From: a virus
Taxonomy: Duplodnaviria > Caudoviricetes
IMG/VR virus record: IMGVR_UViG_3300036818_000059
Location: 1 to 60,551 of that record
Length of the DNA: 60,551 nt
Strand: one strand, 5' to 3'
The position numbers were made by a program, and so were the translations under genes. Of the stretch, positions 17,041 to 26,182 are shown piece by piece (positions within the stretch are counted from its first letter, which is position 1; every line of letters begins with the position of its first letter). The notes beneath the pieces are model-generated. The model was not told the DNA's origin. It ran no database searches and saw nothing but the letters and a program-made list of their open reading frames with translations.

Positions 17041-17568
17041 ATGACGGAGCAGCAGGTCGAGCCACGGACCAGGCGAGGGCCACGGGGGATAGTCGTCGCA
17101 TCAGCGGCGGTCGCGGTCATCGCGGTCGCAGCCTTGGCCTACGTGCTGATCGGTCGGCACGGGTCGAATAGCCAGCCGCCTGCGCCTGCCGCCCCGCCGC
17201 CGGCCAGCTCGCCGAGCGTCCCGCAGGCGCCGGCGTTCACGATGACGGGCGCGTTCGACATCATCGTCGAATCGTCGCCACTGAAGGACGGTCAGGAGTG
17301 CCAGGGCACCGGTCCGAGCGGGGAGCGCATCGGGCTGGAAACGCCGGTCCGCGTGTTCGATCAGAATGGCAAGCAGATCGCGCTCGGCGGTCTCGGGCAG
17401 GGCGCGACGGTCAAGGTGCTCGACTCGACAGTGTGCAAGTTCTCGATCAGCGTGGACGACGTCCCGGACGGCCTGCCAACCTACGGCGTCGAGATCGCGT
17501 CATACGGTGTCCAGCAGGTCAGTTCGGGCGAGGCGCACAGCAACGTCTTCTTGTCCGAAGGCCCATGA
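17041..17568 (+). CDS. Membrane-anchored exported protein
   Basis: N-terminal TM helix, Pro linker, two Cys in a beta-rich domain. Confidence 0.7.
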   Translation: MTEQQVEPRTRRGPRGIVVASAAVAVIAVAALAYVLIGRHGSNSQPPAPAAPPPASSPSVPQAPAFTMTGAFDIIVESSPLKDGQECQGTGPSGERIGLETPVRVFDQNGKQIALGGLGQGATVKVLDSTVCKFSISVDDVPDGLPTYGVEIASYGVQQVSSGEAHSNVFLSEGP

Positions 17569-17867
17569 GGAGAAGATCTGACGTGCGAATCCCGTGGGCC
17601 AGCTTAGGCAGCCACGACCGCTTCGAGGACGACGTGACGGAGCTTTTCTCCGGATTCGACGACGACCTCGAAGTAGCCCGGCTGTCTCGAATGTGGCGGG
17701 ACGAGATCAATGCGAACCTTTCCGAGACGGGCATCACGCTGCAAGGCAGCCAGTTCGTCATCCAGGAGTCAGCTCCGGCCGACTACCGGTCGCTGATCGA
17801 ACAGGCGCTAGCGGACGTGGACGTCGACACCCTGCTGAAGCGGTTCGCAAAATCGTCGGGGTCGTAG
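17565..17867 (+). CDS. Hypothetical protein
   Basis: ATGA coupling. Confidence 0.6.
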   Translation: MRRRSDVRIPWASLGSHDRFEDDVTELFSGFDDDLEVARLSRMWRDEINANLSETGITLQGSQFVIQESAPADYRSLIEQALADVDVDTLLKRFAKSSGS

Positions 17868-17940
17868 GCTGCGAACCCTGCGGGTCGGTCCAGCACTGGT
17901 GTGCACAATGGTGCGCAACCCGCGCACATGTCACCCTGGC

Positions 17941-18216
17941 GTGATGCTGGACCGCACCGATCCGCGCACCCTGCCGCCGTACCCGTTCACGGTGCTTCGT
18001 GACGGGGCGGCGACTGCGGCCTACCGCAACCGGCACCTCGCGGAACTGCACGCGGCGCCGCTGGAGGACGCTCGGGTGCGGTGCGACCGTGGCACCGGGC
18101 TGGTGCTGCCGCCGCCGCACCGTCGTTGGCGGCTGGACGCGGCTGTGCGCGAGCAGGACCGGCAGATCGTGGAGGCGCTGGGCGAGGCGTGGTTGCACGG
18201 GTGCAACCGCTACTGA
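17941..18216 (+). CDS. Hypothetical protein
   Basis: High GC3 ORF. Confidence 0.55.
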   Translation: MMLDRTDPRTLPPYPFTVLRDGAATAAYRNRHLAELHAAPLEDARVRCDRGTGLVLPPPHRRWRLDAAVREQDRQIVEALGEAWLHGCNRY

Positions 18217-18231
18217 CCGGTCTCTGTCTCG

Positions 18232-18276
18232 TGTAGATGTAGACAGCTCTACAGCAGACGTGTAGAGTTCTCTACA
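18232..18276 (+). promoter_or_regulatory. Leaderless promoter overlapped by two TGTAGA-N4-TCTACA operators
   Basis: Palindromes 18238-18253 and 18261-18276; TAGACA-17-TAGAGT, 7 nt before the ATG. Confidence 0.7.
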
Positions 18277-18605
18277 TGATGCAGATGGAGATCACCCGGC
18301 GGGACGGCGACTACTACGGCGACGCCACCCGCAACCACATCTGGGAGATCACCGACGCGCAGGGCGTCGCCGCCGAGCTCTACGTCTCCATCGAGCGCCA
18401 CGAGATCATGAACGTCTGGGTCCGCGAGGACTCGCGCGGCGAGGGCCTGGCCCGGCGCCTGCATGAGGCCGCCAGCCGCGAGATGGACATCTACCACGCG
18501 CCGGTCGCGCACCGCACCGAAGAGGGCAACGCCTTCGCCGAGGCTGTCGGCGGCGACACCGCCGAGTACGAGTGCGACTGCTACGCCTGCACCCTGGAGG
18601 ACTGA
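18276..18605 (+). CDS. Minimal GNAT-family acetyltransferase
   Basis: Motif A VWVREDSRGEGLARRL, then TEEGNAF. Confidence 0.7.
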   Translation: MMQMEITRRDGDYYGDATRNHIWEITDAQGVAAELYVSIERHEIMNVWVREDSRGEGLARRLHEAASREMDIYHAPVAHRTEEGNAFAEAVGGDTAEYECDCYACTLED

Positions 18606-18608
18606 CCG

Positions 18609-18788
18609 ATGCCGTGGCGCGACTGGATCAGCGAGCCAATCGACGCTGTACGCGAGCTCTGGGGCGCTGCCGGAGGCCCGAAAGGGCCTAGCCGGACGAC
18701 CGCCCGCGTCATCATCTGTTGCTTCACGGCAGGGTTCATCATCGGCCTCGCGACCGTCGCATGGCTGACCACGCACGGAGGTGTCTGA
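18609..18788 (+). CDS. Small membrane protein
   Basis: 59 aa with C-terminal hydrophobic helix. Confidence 0.45.
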   Translation: MPWRDWISEPIDAVRELWGAAGGPKGPSRTTARVIICCFTAGFIIGLATVAWLTTHGGV

Positions 18789-18791
18789 CCG

Positions 18792-19172
18792 ATGCAGCGC
18801 TACGAACTGGACGCCTGGCTGGGCGACGACCACGGGCTGACCGAGGACCAGATCACCTGCCTGTTGGCCACGGCCGACGAGATCGCCGCACGCTACCCGG
18901 ACCCCGACGACGGCGACGACCGCGAGCAGGCGTTCGTCATCGCCTACCGCGTGCTCGTGGAACCGGCCGAGGACGTCGTAGCCGAACTGGCCGTTGCCCT
19001 GTCGCGGGCCCGTCGGTTCGAGCACGCCGCCAAGGTCGCGTTGCGGCAGGCAGCCGCGTCCCTGATCGAACCGGACGCAAGGAAGGGCGATGGGGTGCGC
19101 AGCGAGGCCGGGTTCGCAGAGGCGGCAGGCGTGGACCGGCAGGCTGTGCGCTCCTGGCTCGGGAAGCGCTGA
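18792..19172 (+). CDS. C-terminal HTH regulator
   Basis: SEAGFAEAAGVDRQAVRSWLGK. Confidence 0.75.
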   Translation: MQRYELDAWLGDDHGLTEDQITCLLATADEIAARYPDPDDGDDREQAFVIAYRVLVEPAEDVVAELAVALSRARRFEHAAKVALRQAAASLIEPDARKGDGVRSEAGFAEAAGVDRQAVRSWLGKR

Positions 19173-19190
19173 CCCGCGAGGCGGCGGCGA

Positions 19191-19457
19191 TCAGGAGTGA
19201 CCGCCGCCGCCTGCCCGCTGGCCGAGCACGAACGTGCCCTTGACTGGCACCGTCTGCACCAGTCCGCGCTCCCGTAGTTCCTCGACCGCGCGGCGAGCCG
19301 TCTGCAGGCTAACGCGGTACTCGTCGGCCATCTCCCGCTCCGCCGCCAACCGTGCCCCTGGCGGCAGTTCGCCCGATTCGATACGCGCGGCGACATGATC
19401 GGCTACCTGCACGTACAGGTAGACCGGGCTCGCCGGATCGGGCTCGAAGTCGGGCAT
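19191..19457 (-). CDS. GntR-family winged-HTH regulator
   Basis: YVQVADHV..RI.SGEL.PGARL..ERE...VS..TARRA..L...G.V....KGTFV. Confidence 0.9.
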   Translation of the reverse strand: MPDFEPDPASPVYLYVQVADHVAARIESGELPPGARLAAEREMADEYRVSLQTARRAVEELRERGLVQTVPVKGTFVLGQRAGGGGHS

Positions 19458-19586
19458 AGAGATCACTCTAAGCACCGCTGACCTGCACAAACCACACGAG
19501 CGCGTATGTGTGCTATGCATCGCACTGCACTGCGTCGTATGCTCGACACTCTCCGGCCGCCACCACACTCCCCAGGGAGGGGCCAA

Positions 19587-19772
19587 ATGTCCCTGGACCG
19601 CACTACGCTGCGCTTCCCGAGCCCACGTGCCGCTGAACGCTGGTTCGACCAGCTACGGGAGCAGTGGGTGGTGACCGGCACCCAGGTTGAGCCCGATCCG
19701 GTGGTTGGCGGCGTCCAGGCGACGGCCGAGTTCGCAACCGCCAACGGCGCGCTGGTCCCCGCCGATGTCTGA
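19587..19772 (+). CDS. Small hypothetical protein
   Basis: GGAGG RBS, divergent from GntR. Confidence 0.55.
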   Translation: MSLDRTTLRFPSPRAAERWFDQLREQWVVTGTQVEPDPVVGGVQATAEFATANGALVPADV

Positions 19773-19986
19773 CCAGGTGGCCCGGACACGCTGGGCGAAG
19801 GCGAACGCCGACGGCCCGTCGCACGCGTGGCCAGCCGGGCAGGACGGCGTGCTGTCCGCGCTGTGCGGTGTCGAGGCCGAGGCGGGCGAGCTGGTGGACA
19901 CGCGCGATGACGGCTGCCATCGGTGCCTGCTCGCGCACGGCACGACGCTGGCCGACCGGTCGCCGGTCTCCCGGTGGAGTTTCTGA
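19765..19986 (+). CDS. Small zinc-finger protein
   Basis: H...ALCG...CHRC. Confidence 0.6.
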   Translation: MSDQVARTRWAKANADGPSHAWPAGQDGVLSALCGVEAEAGELVDTRDDGCHRCLLAHGTTLADRSPVSRWSF

Positions 19987-20106
19987 CTCGCGCGCCGGGC
20001 GGGTGCCCCCACCTGCTGGCGCGCGGTGAGGGGCCCCCGCTGTCCCCGTGGAGTCCCGAGTCGGAGGAGACGGAGACACGCGGGGGTCCCGCTGGTACGA
20101 CGAAAG

Positions 20107-20148
20107 CGGCCCCACGCTCAACCTGCCGAAACAGGGAGCGTGGGGCCG
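20107..20148. terminator. Terminator between convergent operons
   Basis: CGGCCCCACGCTC / GAGCGTGGGGCCG 13-bp stem. Confidence 0.65.
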
Positions 20149-20189
20149 TGGCCACCGCTGGGGGTCGGCGGCCGCTCGTGGGGTGAGCG

Positions 20190-22568
20190 CTAGGGCATCA
20201 TCAGCGCGAAGAAGCCGCCACTGCCGCCGGCCGAGGGCACGGTGAGGCCGTAGGCCGTGGCGACGCCGTTCCGGCCGCCGACGGGCGCACCCACCGACGG
20301 ATCGGTGGGTGCCGTGTCCGCGCCGGGCTGTAGCGCGGTCAGCGTCTGCGGCGCGATGCCCAGGTCATACAGCAGCGCGAGTAAGGCGTTCTGGATGGTC
20401 AGGGATACGTTCGTGACCGGGCTGGAGCCCTGCCACCGCGCGGCCGACCACCAGGCCCGCCAGTTGCCCGAGTTGAACACGAGCGCGCCCGAACTGGCCC
20501 TGTAGAGCGACCAGGTAGCCGAGACTGTCGTGCTGGTGGTGTACACGGCCCCGGCCGCGTCGCTTCCTGTCGTGACCGCGACCGAGGTACTGGCCACGAT
20601 CACCAGGTCGGATGGCTGCCCGGTTGCTCCGTTCGCCGAGTCCACCTCGAAGCCGACCGAGTTGGAGATGTCGGTGACGTGGTTGCCCGTGGTGAGCGCC
20701 TGCACCGCGGACGAGTTGCGCCACAGCGGCTTGGTCTTCACCGCGAAGTCGATCAGCAGCGGAGTCAGTATCGGACCGGACGCCACGAACTGTTGGCCGG
20801 TGAGGGAGTTCTCCAAGCGCTTGTCGTGGTTCGAGGCGTCAGCGTCGCGCCACGTGCCCGTCGGGCCGTTCGTGCCGTCCGGGTCGACGCCGGTGCCGGT
20901 GAAGCCAGCCGAGACGAGGCGCGTTCCGGTGTCCTTGTAGCAGATGGCCGTCCGGAAGCTCGTGTCGGCCGAGTCGAAGCGGACCCGCCAGCCGGCCGTG
21001 TTGCTGCTGTAGACGAACAGGTTCACGCCAGCGGCGATCGCGTTCTGCCATGCGGTGAAGACGTTAGCCGTCAGGTACTCGTGGTGGCCCAGCATGACCG
21101 CTAGCGCCGCGTCGCTGAGCAGGCTCGTGCTGGCGTGCAGGTCCATGTCGGACAGGTACGTCAGGTCGTAGCCCTGCGCCTCTGCCCAGACGATCCACCC
21201 GAATTGCGAGTCGAAGAGGTAGGTGGACGCCGTCGTGGACTGCGTCGAGTAGGGCCGGTCCAGGCACACCGCGTAGCTGCGGTGCGCGAAGTTCGGCGTG
21301 GCGCCATCGGCACCGGACTGGTAGAGCGAGCGGCCAGTCCACGTACCGGTGGCCAGGTCGCCGTGGTCGGTGGTCGCACCCCAGCAGTTGTAGGCGTGAT
21401 GGGTCAGGTCCGGGATCACCACGGCCGTCTTGCCCGTCACTGCCGATGCCCGCACCACGAAGTGGGTGGAGGCGACATGCGTGGTGATGTCGGTGCGCCG
21501 GAACAGCGCGTAGTAGACCCCTGGTACAGCGTCGCTGGGGACCGACCACGATGCGTTGGAAGTCCACGCGGCACAGGAGGTCGAGCCGAGCGTGCTGTCC
21601 ACTGTGGGCGTCGGCTGCGTGACGATCGTGCCCGCCAGGTACCCACCCTGGTTGCCCAGCACGTTGCGGGCACCCATGGTGTCGTAGCCGTACCAGCCAA
21701 GCCGGTAGATCTCCACCCTGAACGGGTTGCCGGACGAGTCCACCTTGAACGAGACTGTGCCGCCCGGCTGGACGCTCGGCGCCGTCGGGAAGCCCGCGAT
21801 GGTCGAGTCAGTGCCGGCCGTGTTCACGTACCAGTTGCCGTTGTCCGTGCCCGGCAAGCTGTTCTCGCGGACGATCGGATTGGGCCACGTCACGGTGGCC
21901 ACGCCGCTCGTGTCGGTGAAAACAGCCTGCGAGGCGAACGCTGTGCCCGGTGACGCACCGAGGTAGACGGACGTCGCGGCGTAGGAGCCCGCGGCGGACT
22001 GCGCTGGGTAGGAGTGCGTGGCGTCCACATCGGCGATACCCACGGCGAAGATGGCAGCAAAGCCGCTCGGGTCCTGTGCTGCGCCCGTGGTGACCAGCTT
22101 GCCGGCCGGACCCATCTGCCTGTAGGAGTTGTTGAGGCTGAACGCGCTCGACTGGTTGATCGACCATAGGCCGATGACGAGGGACTGCGCGGACACGGAG
22201 GCGCCGGCCGGTGCGACCTGGAAGTCGGCGGCGGAGCTGATCGTGGTGCCGTGCCCGTTGTTCGTGCCCGTGTTGTAGGTCAGGGAGCCGCTGAACTCCA
22301 GCACGGTGCCGCCGCAGTTCTCGCTGCCGCCCAGCGACACCGAGACCGCGGTCTCGGATCCGGTGGCTGCCTTGTACCAGATCGAGACGTCCTGGTCGCC
22401 ACCGCCGTAGGCCGGGCCGCGCGTGAATCCGCTCGGGGTGGCGATGACGCCACCGGCGCAGCAGAAGATCAGCGTGTGCCCAGCGGTGGGCGTGGGGATG
22501 GCGATGGTGACCGACGCGCCCGCCGAGTGGGCATGAGTCCAGTCGGTCTGCGCGACGAGCGTGGCCAC
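20190..22568 (-). CDS. Tail-associated protein with N,N-dimethylformamidase beta-subunit-like (DUF6605-type) domain
   Basis: IVRENSLPG, VSFKV, IYRLGWYG, AYNCWG, DRPY, GYDLTYLSDMDLH, GHHEY, WRVRF. Confidence 0.75.
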   Translation of the reverse strand: MATLVAQTDWTHAHSAGASVTIAIPTPTAGHTLIFCCAGGVIATPSGFTRGPAYGGGDQDVSIWYKAATGSETAVSVSLGGSENCGGTVLEFSGSLTYNTGTNNGHGTTISSAADFQVAPAGASVSAQSLVIGLWSINQSSAFSLNNSYRQMGPAGKLVTTGAAQDPSGFAAIFAVGIADVDATHSYPAQSAAGSYAATSVYLGASPGTAFASQAVFTDTSGVATVTWPNPIVRENSLPGTDNGNWYVNTAGTDSTIAGFPTAPSVQPGGTVSFKVDSSGNPFRVEIYRLGWYGYDTMGARNVLGNQGGYLAGTIVTQPTPTVDSTLGSTSCAAWTSNASWSVPSDAVPGVYYALFRRTDITTHVASTHFVVRASAVTGKTAVVIPDLTHHAYNCWGATTDHGDLATGTWTGRSLYQSGADGATPNFAHRSYAVCLDRPYSTQSTTASTYLFDSQFGWIVWAEAQGYDLTYLSDMDLHASTSLLSDAALAVMLGHHEYLTANVFTAWQNAIAAGVNLFVYSSNTAGWRVRFDSADTSFRTAICYKDTGTRLVSAGFTGTGVDPDGTNGPTGTWRDADASNHDKRLENSLTGQQFVASGPILTPLLIDFAVKTKPLWRNSSAVQALTTGNHVTDISNSVGFEVDSANGATGQPSDLVIVASTSVAVTTGSDAAGAVYTTSTTVSATWSLYRASSGALVFNSGNWRAWWSAARWQGSSPVTNVSLTIQNALLALLYDLGIAPQTLTALQPGADTAPTDPSVGAPVGGRNGVATAYGLTVPSAGGSGGFFALMMP

Positions 22569-22569
22569 G

Positions 22570-23646
22570 TCAGTAGCCCGGGCCGAAGGCGAGAACGTCC
22601 CACTTGGACGCGGCGGACCGGTACTTCGCCAGCAGGTAGTCGACCTTCCCCGCGCCGGTCGACAGCGTCACCGTGACCGGGCCGACGTTGAACGCGCTGC
22701 CCAGCGTCAGGGTGCGGCTACCGGTGCCGTCCTGGGTGAGCTGGAAGCAGATGACCTGCCCGTCCGTGGGGTTGGTCGGGTTGCCCAGCGTCAGGTTTCC
22801 GGTCAGCGTGATGTGCCACTCGCTGCCCGTCGAGGCGTCCACGGCGATGGTGGACGTGAAGCTGGGCGAGTTGATCTGCGGGATGAGCGGTGCGCGAGAC
22901 GGCGTGATCCGGCTATCGGAGCCCAGTCCGGCGTAGCCGTTGCCGGCGTTCTTGTTGGACGTCTGCTCAGCGCCAGTGATCCGGCTGTCGTCTCCGGCTG
23001 CCACGGTGCCCGTGGTGGTGCCCACGGCCTTGGTAGCCGCGTTGCCCAAGCCGAGGTTGGTACGCGCGGTCGCAGCGGTGCCGAGGTCCGACAGGTTGTT
23101 CGCCGCTTGCAGTGCGCCCGCAATCCGCCCGTCGCTGCCCTGCGCCACCGTCCCCACGGTCGTGCCGAAGTCGACCGCCAGCGTGCGGTCAGCGGAAAGG
23201 TCCCCGCCACCGGTCAGGCCGGTACCGGCGATGACCTGACGTGTGGATAGCACGACGCCCTCGGTCGTCCCACCGGTCGGTGGCACAGGCGCGAGAGTGG
23301 AAAGCCGCACCGGGTCCACCGACGTGGGAACGGTGATAGCGAAGGGAGGCGGCGTCAGATGCAGTGTGCCGACGGTCAGGTTCAGCGTGACGTTGTACGT
23401 GAACCCGGTCGGACTCAGGTCAGTGTCATCGGCCGCCAGCAGTTCAACCGAGAAGGTGCCACTGGCGTCCAGTGTGGCCACGATCGGCGAAGGAGGGAAG
23501 ACGGCATTCCCCGGGTCGCTGACGTAGATGTCATCCGAGACCTCGAAGGTCGCCGTGCCTGAAGCTGGAGTGCCGGTCGACGTCCCGTCCTGCCCGATGT
23601 ACGTCTCTGTGATCGTCGTCAGGCTGGCATTGGCCGGGATCGCCAT
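22570..23646 (-). CDS. Tail fiber / minor tail protein
   Basis: AGTGLTGGG, NNLSDL..AATARTNLGLG, QDGTGSRTLT motifs. Confidence 0.8.
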   Translation of the reverse strand: MAIPANASLTTITETYIGQDGTSTGTPASGTATFEVSDDIYVSDPGNAVFPPSPIVATLDASGTFSVELLAADDTDLSPTGFTYNVTLNLTVGTLHLTPPPFAITVPTSVDPVRLSTLAPVPPTGGTTEGVVLSTRQVIAGTGLTGGGDLSADRTLAVDFGTTVGTVAQGSDGRIAGALQAANNLSDLGTAATARTNLGLGNAATKAVGTTTGTVAAGDDSRITGAEQTSNKNAGNGYAGLGSDSRITPSRAPLIPQINSPSFTSTIAVDASTGSEWHITLTGNLTLGNPTNPTDGQVICFQLTQDGTGSRTLTLGSAFNVGPVTVTLSTGAGKVDYLLAKYRSAASKWDVLAFGPGY

Positions 23647-23674
23647 CGTCGCTCCTCCGCTTGTGTGACATGGC

Positions 23675-23709
23675 CGAGCCCCGGCCTGTGCACGGCAGAC
23701 CGGGGCTCG
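23675..23709 (-). terminator. Hairpin after the holin
   Basis: CGAGCCCCGG / CCGGGGCTCG. Confidence 0.55.
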
Positions 23710-23721
23710 ACGTTGGTGGGA

Positions 23722-24108
23722 TCAGGCTGCGGCGCGGTACACGCCGTCCGGCCCAGGCTTGAGCTTGACCGTGACCTTGGGCGTGACGTTGGGCCGCAGC
23801 AGCAGGCCGAGCAGCGTGCCGACGACGGAGATCGCAGCGGTGACCACGGCCGGGTCGAGATGCAGCCCGAAGTAGCCGACGTATGTGGCGATCGTCGCCA
23901 GCGCACCGGTGATGACGGAGACGGAGACCGGGCGCGCCATGAAGGCGGTGTAGATCGTGGCCAGCGCGCCCGTGACGACCGTGATGGCACCGGTCTGGCC
24001 GGCGGACAGCGGCGTCAGGTAGCCGATGACCAGCGCGATGCCGCCGTTGACGGCCCACGCGAGGACGGCCGGCTCGTACTGGAGCAGACCCTTCAGTCTC
24101 TGGAGCAT
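23722..24108 (-). CDS. Holin
   Basis: EPA start, about four TM helices, R..VTP end; follows the endolysin. Confidence 0.75.
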   Translation of the reverse strand: MLQRLKGLLQYEPAVLAWAVNGGIALVIGYLTPLSAGQTGAITVVTGALATIYTAFMARPVSVSVITGALATIATYVGYFGLHLDPAVVTAAISVVGTLLGLLLRPNVTPKVTVKLKPGPDGVYRAAA

Positions 24109-24126
24109 GACGGTTCCCCAGCTTTC

Positions 24127-25074
24127 TCAGGCCGAAGCCTGGTCGAATACCTGTCGGAGCGCGGCGACGAGCTGCGCTCCCTCGTTCTGGTTGAGCAGCG
24201 GCGCGAGCGCGGAGGCAAGCGCGCCAACATCTACCGGCAGACCCGGCTGCGTGTGGACCGCGGCGAGGATGGCCGCCTGTTCGTTGCTCAGCGCGCCGGA
24301 CAGCGCGGTGATCTGCATCTTGAGCGCCGTCACACCCTGCAGCGCCGCAGTGGCGTTCTGCCAGTGCTGGTGCGCATCGACGTCTGCGGGCTGATTGGCG
24401 TTGGAGTATCCGGCCACCGCGAGAGCGACCGCCTTCAAGTCGTCGGCGTCGAGAGTCGCCATTGTCGAGTTCCAATCCTTGCGGAGCACGATGTCCACGT
24501 CCCCAAGCACCCCAGAGACGGTGACAGTGGTTGGTATGCCAGCAGGTTGCGAGCCTTGGCACTGGTAGAGGTGCAGCCACGGCAACGCCTGCTGCACAGC
24601 GGATATCGAGGCGCCCGGGAAGTGCCCGGTGAGCCAGGACCGTCGCGAGTGGCCGCCCACGTGGGCGGAAGTCAGTTCGTCCGTGAAGGCGTACAGGTCG
24701 GGCTTCCACCCGAACACCTGCGCGGCGGCGTCCAGGCAGGCGTTCGTGGCGGCATCCGTGATGGTGTTCGCGTCGTCGGCGAAGTACAGCGACGACGGTG
24801 TCCATCCGACTGTGCGGAACTGACCGAGCAGATAGGTGGCCGCCTGCTTCCCGGCTGCCGCGCCGCCGGACATCCAGCCCGCAGCCGAGTCTTCATAGAT
24901 GGTGCCCAGCGGGACGGCAGCCGAGCGGTAGCGGTCAATCTCAACTGCGGTCAGACCGACTACCGTGCTAGACCCGTGCTGCTTCGACCAATACCGCAGC
25001 GCACCCGAGAGACCCTTGGGAGCGAGCGCGGTGGGGTCGACCGGCTTACGGAAGTCGCCGATGAGTGTCGCCAC
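24127..25074 (-). CDS. Endolysin, DUF1906 (Rv2525c-like) glycoside hydrolase
   Basis: ALRY, LT..E, IYE, YFADD, LYQ, DVD pattern. Confidence 0.7.
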   Translation of the reverse strand: MATLIGDFRKPVDPTALAPKGLSGALRYWSKQHGSSTVVGLTAVEIDRYRSAAVPLGTIYEDSAAGWMSGGAAAGKQAATYLLGQFRTVGWTPSSLYFADDANTITDAATNACLDAAAQVFGWKPDLYAFTDELTSAHVGGHSRRSWLTGHFPGASISAVQQALPWLHLYQCQGSQPAGIPTTVTVSGVLGDVDIVLRKDWNSTMATLDADDLKAVALAVAGYSNANQPADVDAHQHWQNATAALQGVTALKMQITALSGALSNEQAAILAAVHTQPGLPVDVGALASALAPLLNQNEGAQLVAALRQVFDQASA

Positions 25075-25087
25075 TAGCCGCCCCCCA

Positions 25088-26182
25088 TCACTTGCCGTCC
25101 AGCGGCGGCTGTGGCACGAGCTGACTCGTCAGCGTCCGGTTGGCGTCCATGAACACGTTCCCGGTCCATCGGCCACCGCCCGCCGGGTTGTACGCCCTTC
25201 CCGGTGCGAACTCGCCGACGTTCGGGAAGTACAGCCGCCAGAACACGTTGTCCATGAACGACACGTTGTCCGCCGGCGCGGGCTTACCAGAGTTGTCGGA
25301 CGCGCCATCACCGCAGTAGCACGTGTACCCGCCACCGGCGAGCAGGTTGTCCCGCACGAGGATGCTGTGGTTCGAGCCGAACTCCGTGAACAGCGAGAGC
25401 ACTGACGTCTGGCCGTTCGGGTTGAGCATCGTGTTGTGCTCGATCGTCAGGCCAGTCGTCCCGTCGTCGAGGACGTCCTCGTTGTGGTCACCCCGCAGCG
25501 TCGGAGCGAGTTCGACGTAGCTGTCCTGGATGACGTCCCCGCCGCCCACGGTGATGCCGAGCTGCTGCCCGATCGCCTTGAGCGAGGTGATGTGCTGTGT
25601 GGAGCCGAACGAGTCCCGCACTGCCTCGGTGGCGTACCGACCGGCCGGAGTGGACACGGTGACGTGGTCCAGCGTCGTCGTGCACTTCTCGTCGGCCTTG
25701 TTCCAGATCGCGAACACGTCGGGCGTGCTGTTGACCGGACTGGCCAGCTTCACCCCAGCGTCCACCTCGACGTTGCGGATGGTCACTCCGCAGCCCAGGA
25801 CGGTCAGGGTGCCGTGGATCCGCTTGTCGCTGAACACGGTGCCGGTGCCGTCCACGATCTGCTCACCGCTGGCCGGCGTCACGTCGGTCAGCGGACCCGT
25901 GGCGCCCGTGTCGTCTGCGGTCGGGAAGTCTCCCGGCGTAGGGGTCGCACTCGTGGTCGTGGTCGGCGGCGGTGAAGTCGTGGTGGTCGGCGGGACCGTG
26001 CTCGTGGTCGGGCTGGTCGTCGTCGGCGGAGGCGTGGCCGTGGTCGTCGTCACCGGCGGCTTGGTGGTCGTGGTGGGTGGCGCGGGAGGTGTTGGAACAT
26101 GGCAGGCGCCGAGCAGCAGCGCGATTGCCGCGAAGCCGCAGGCGATCAGCGGCCGCCTGCGGCCACCACGTCTGGCGGCCAT
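25088..26182 (-). CDS. Lipoprotein with parallel beta-helix (pectate-lyase-like) domain
   Basis: Signal peptide with lipobox LGAC, P/T linker, VTIRNV/IEHNT/VRDNLLAGGGY repeats. Confidence 0.75.
   Translation of the reverse strand: MAARRGGRRRPLIACGFAAIALLLGACHVPTPPAPPTTTTKPPVTTTTATPPPTTTSPTTSTVPPTTTTSPPPTTTTSATPTPGDFPTADDTGATGPLTDVTPASGEQIVDGTGTVFSDKRIHGTLTVLGCGVTIRNVEVDAGVKLASPVNSTPDVFAIWNKADEKCTTTLDHVTVSTPAGRYATEAVRDSFGSTQHITSLKAIGQQLGITVGGGDVIQDSYVELAPTLRGDHNEDVLDDGTTGLTIEHNTMLNPNGQTSVLSLFTEFGSNHSILVRDNLLAGGGYTCYCGDGASDNSGKPAPADNVSFMDNVFWRLYFPNVGEFAPGRAYNPAGGGRWTGNVFMDANRTLTSQLVPQPPLDGK

Noticed and set aside
25950-26090. Low-complexity GTG/GTC repeats (similar ones at 12950-13220)
   Set aside because: Explained by Pro/Thr-rich protein linkers
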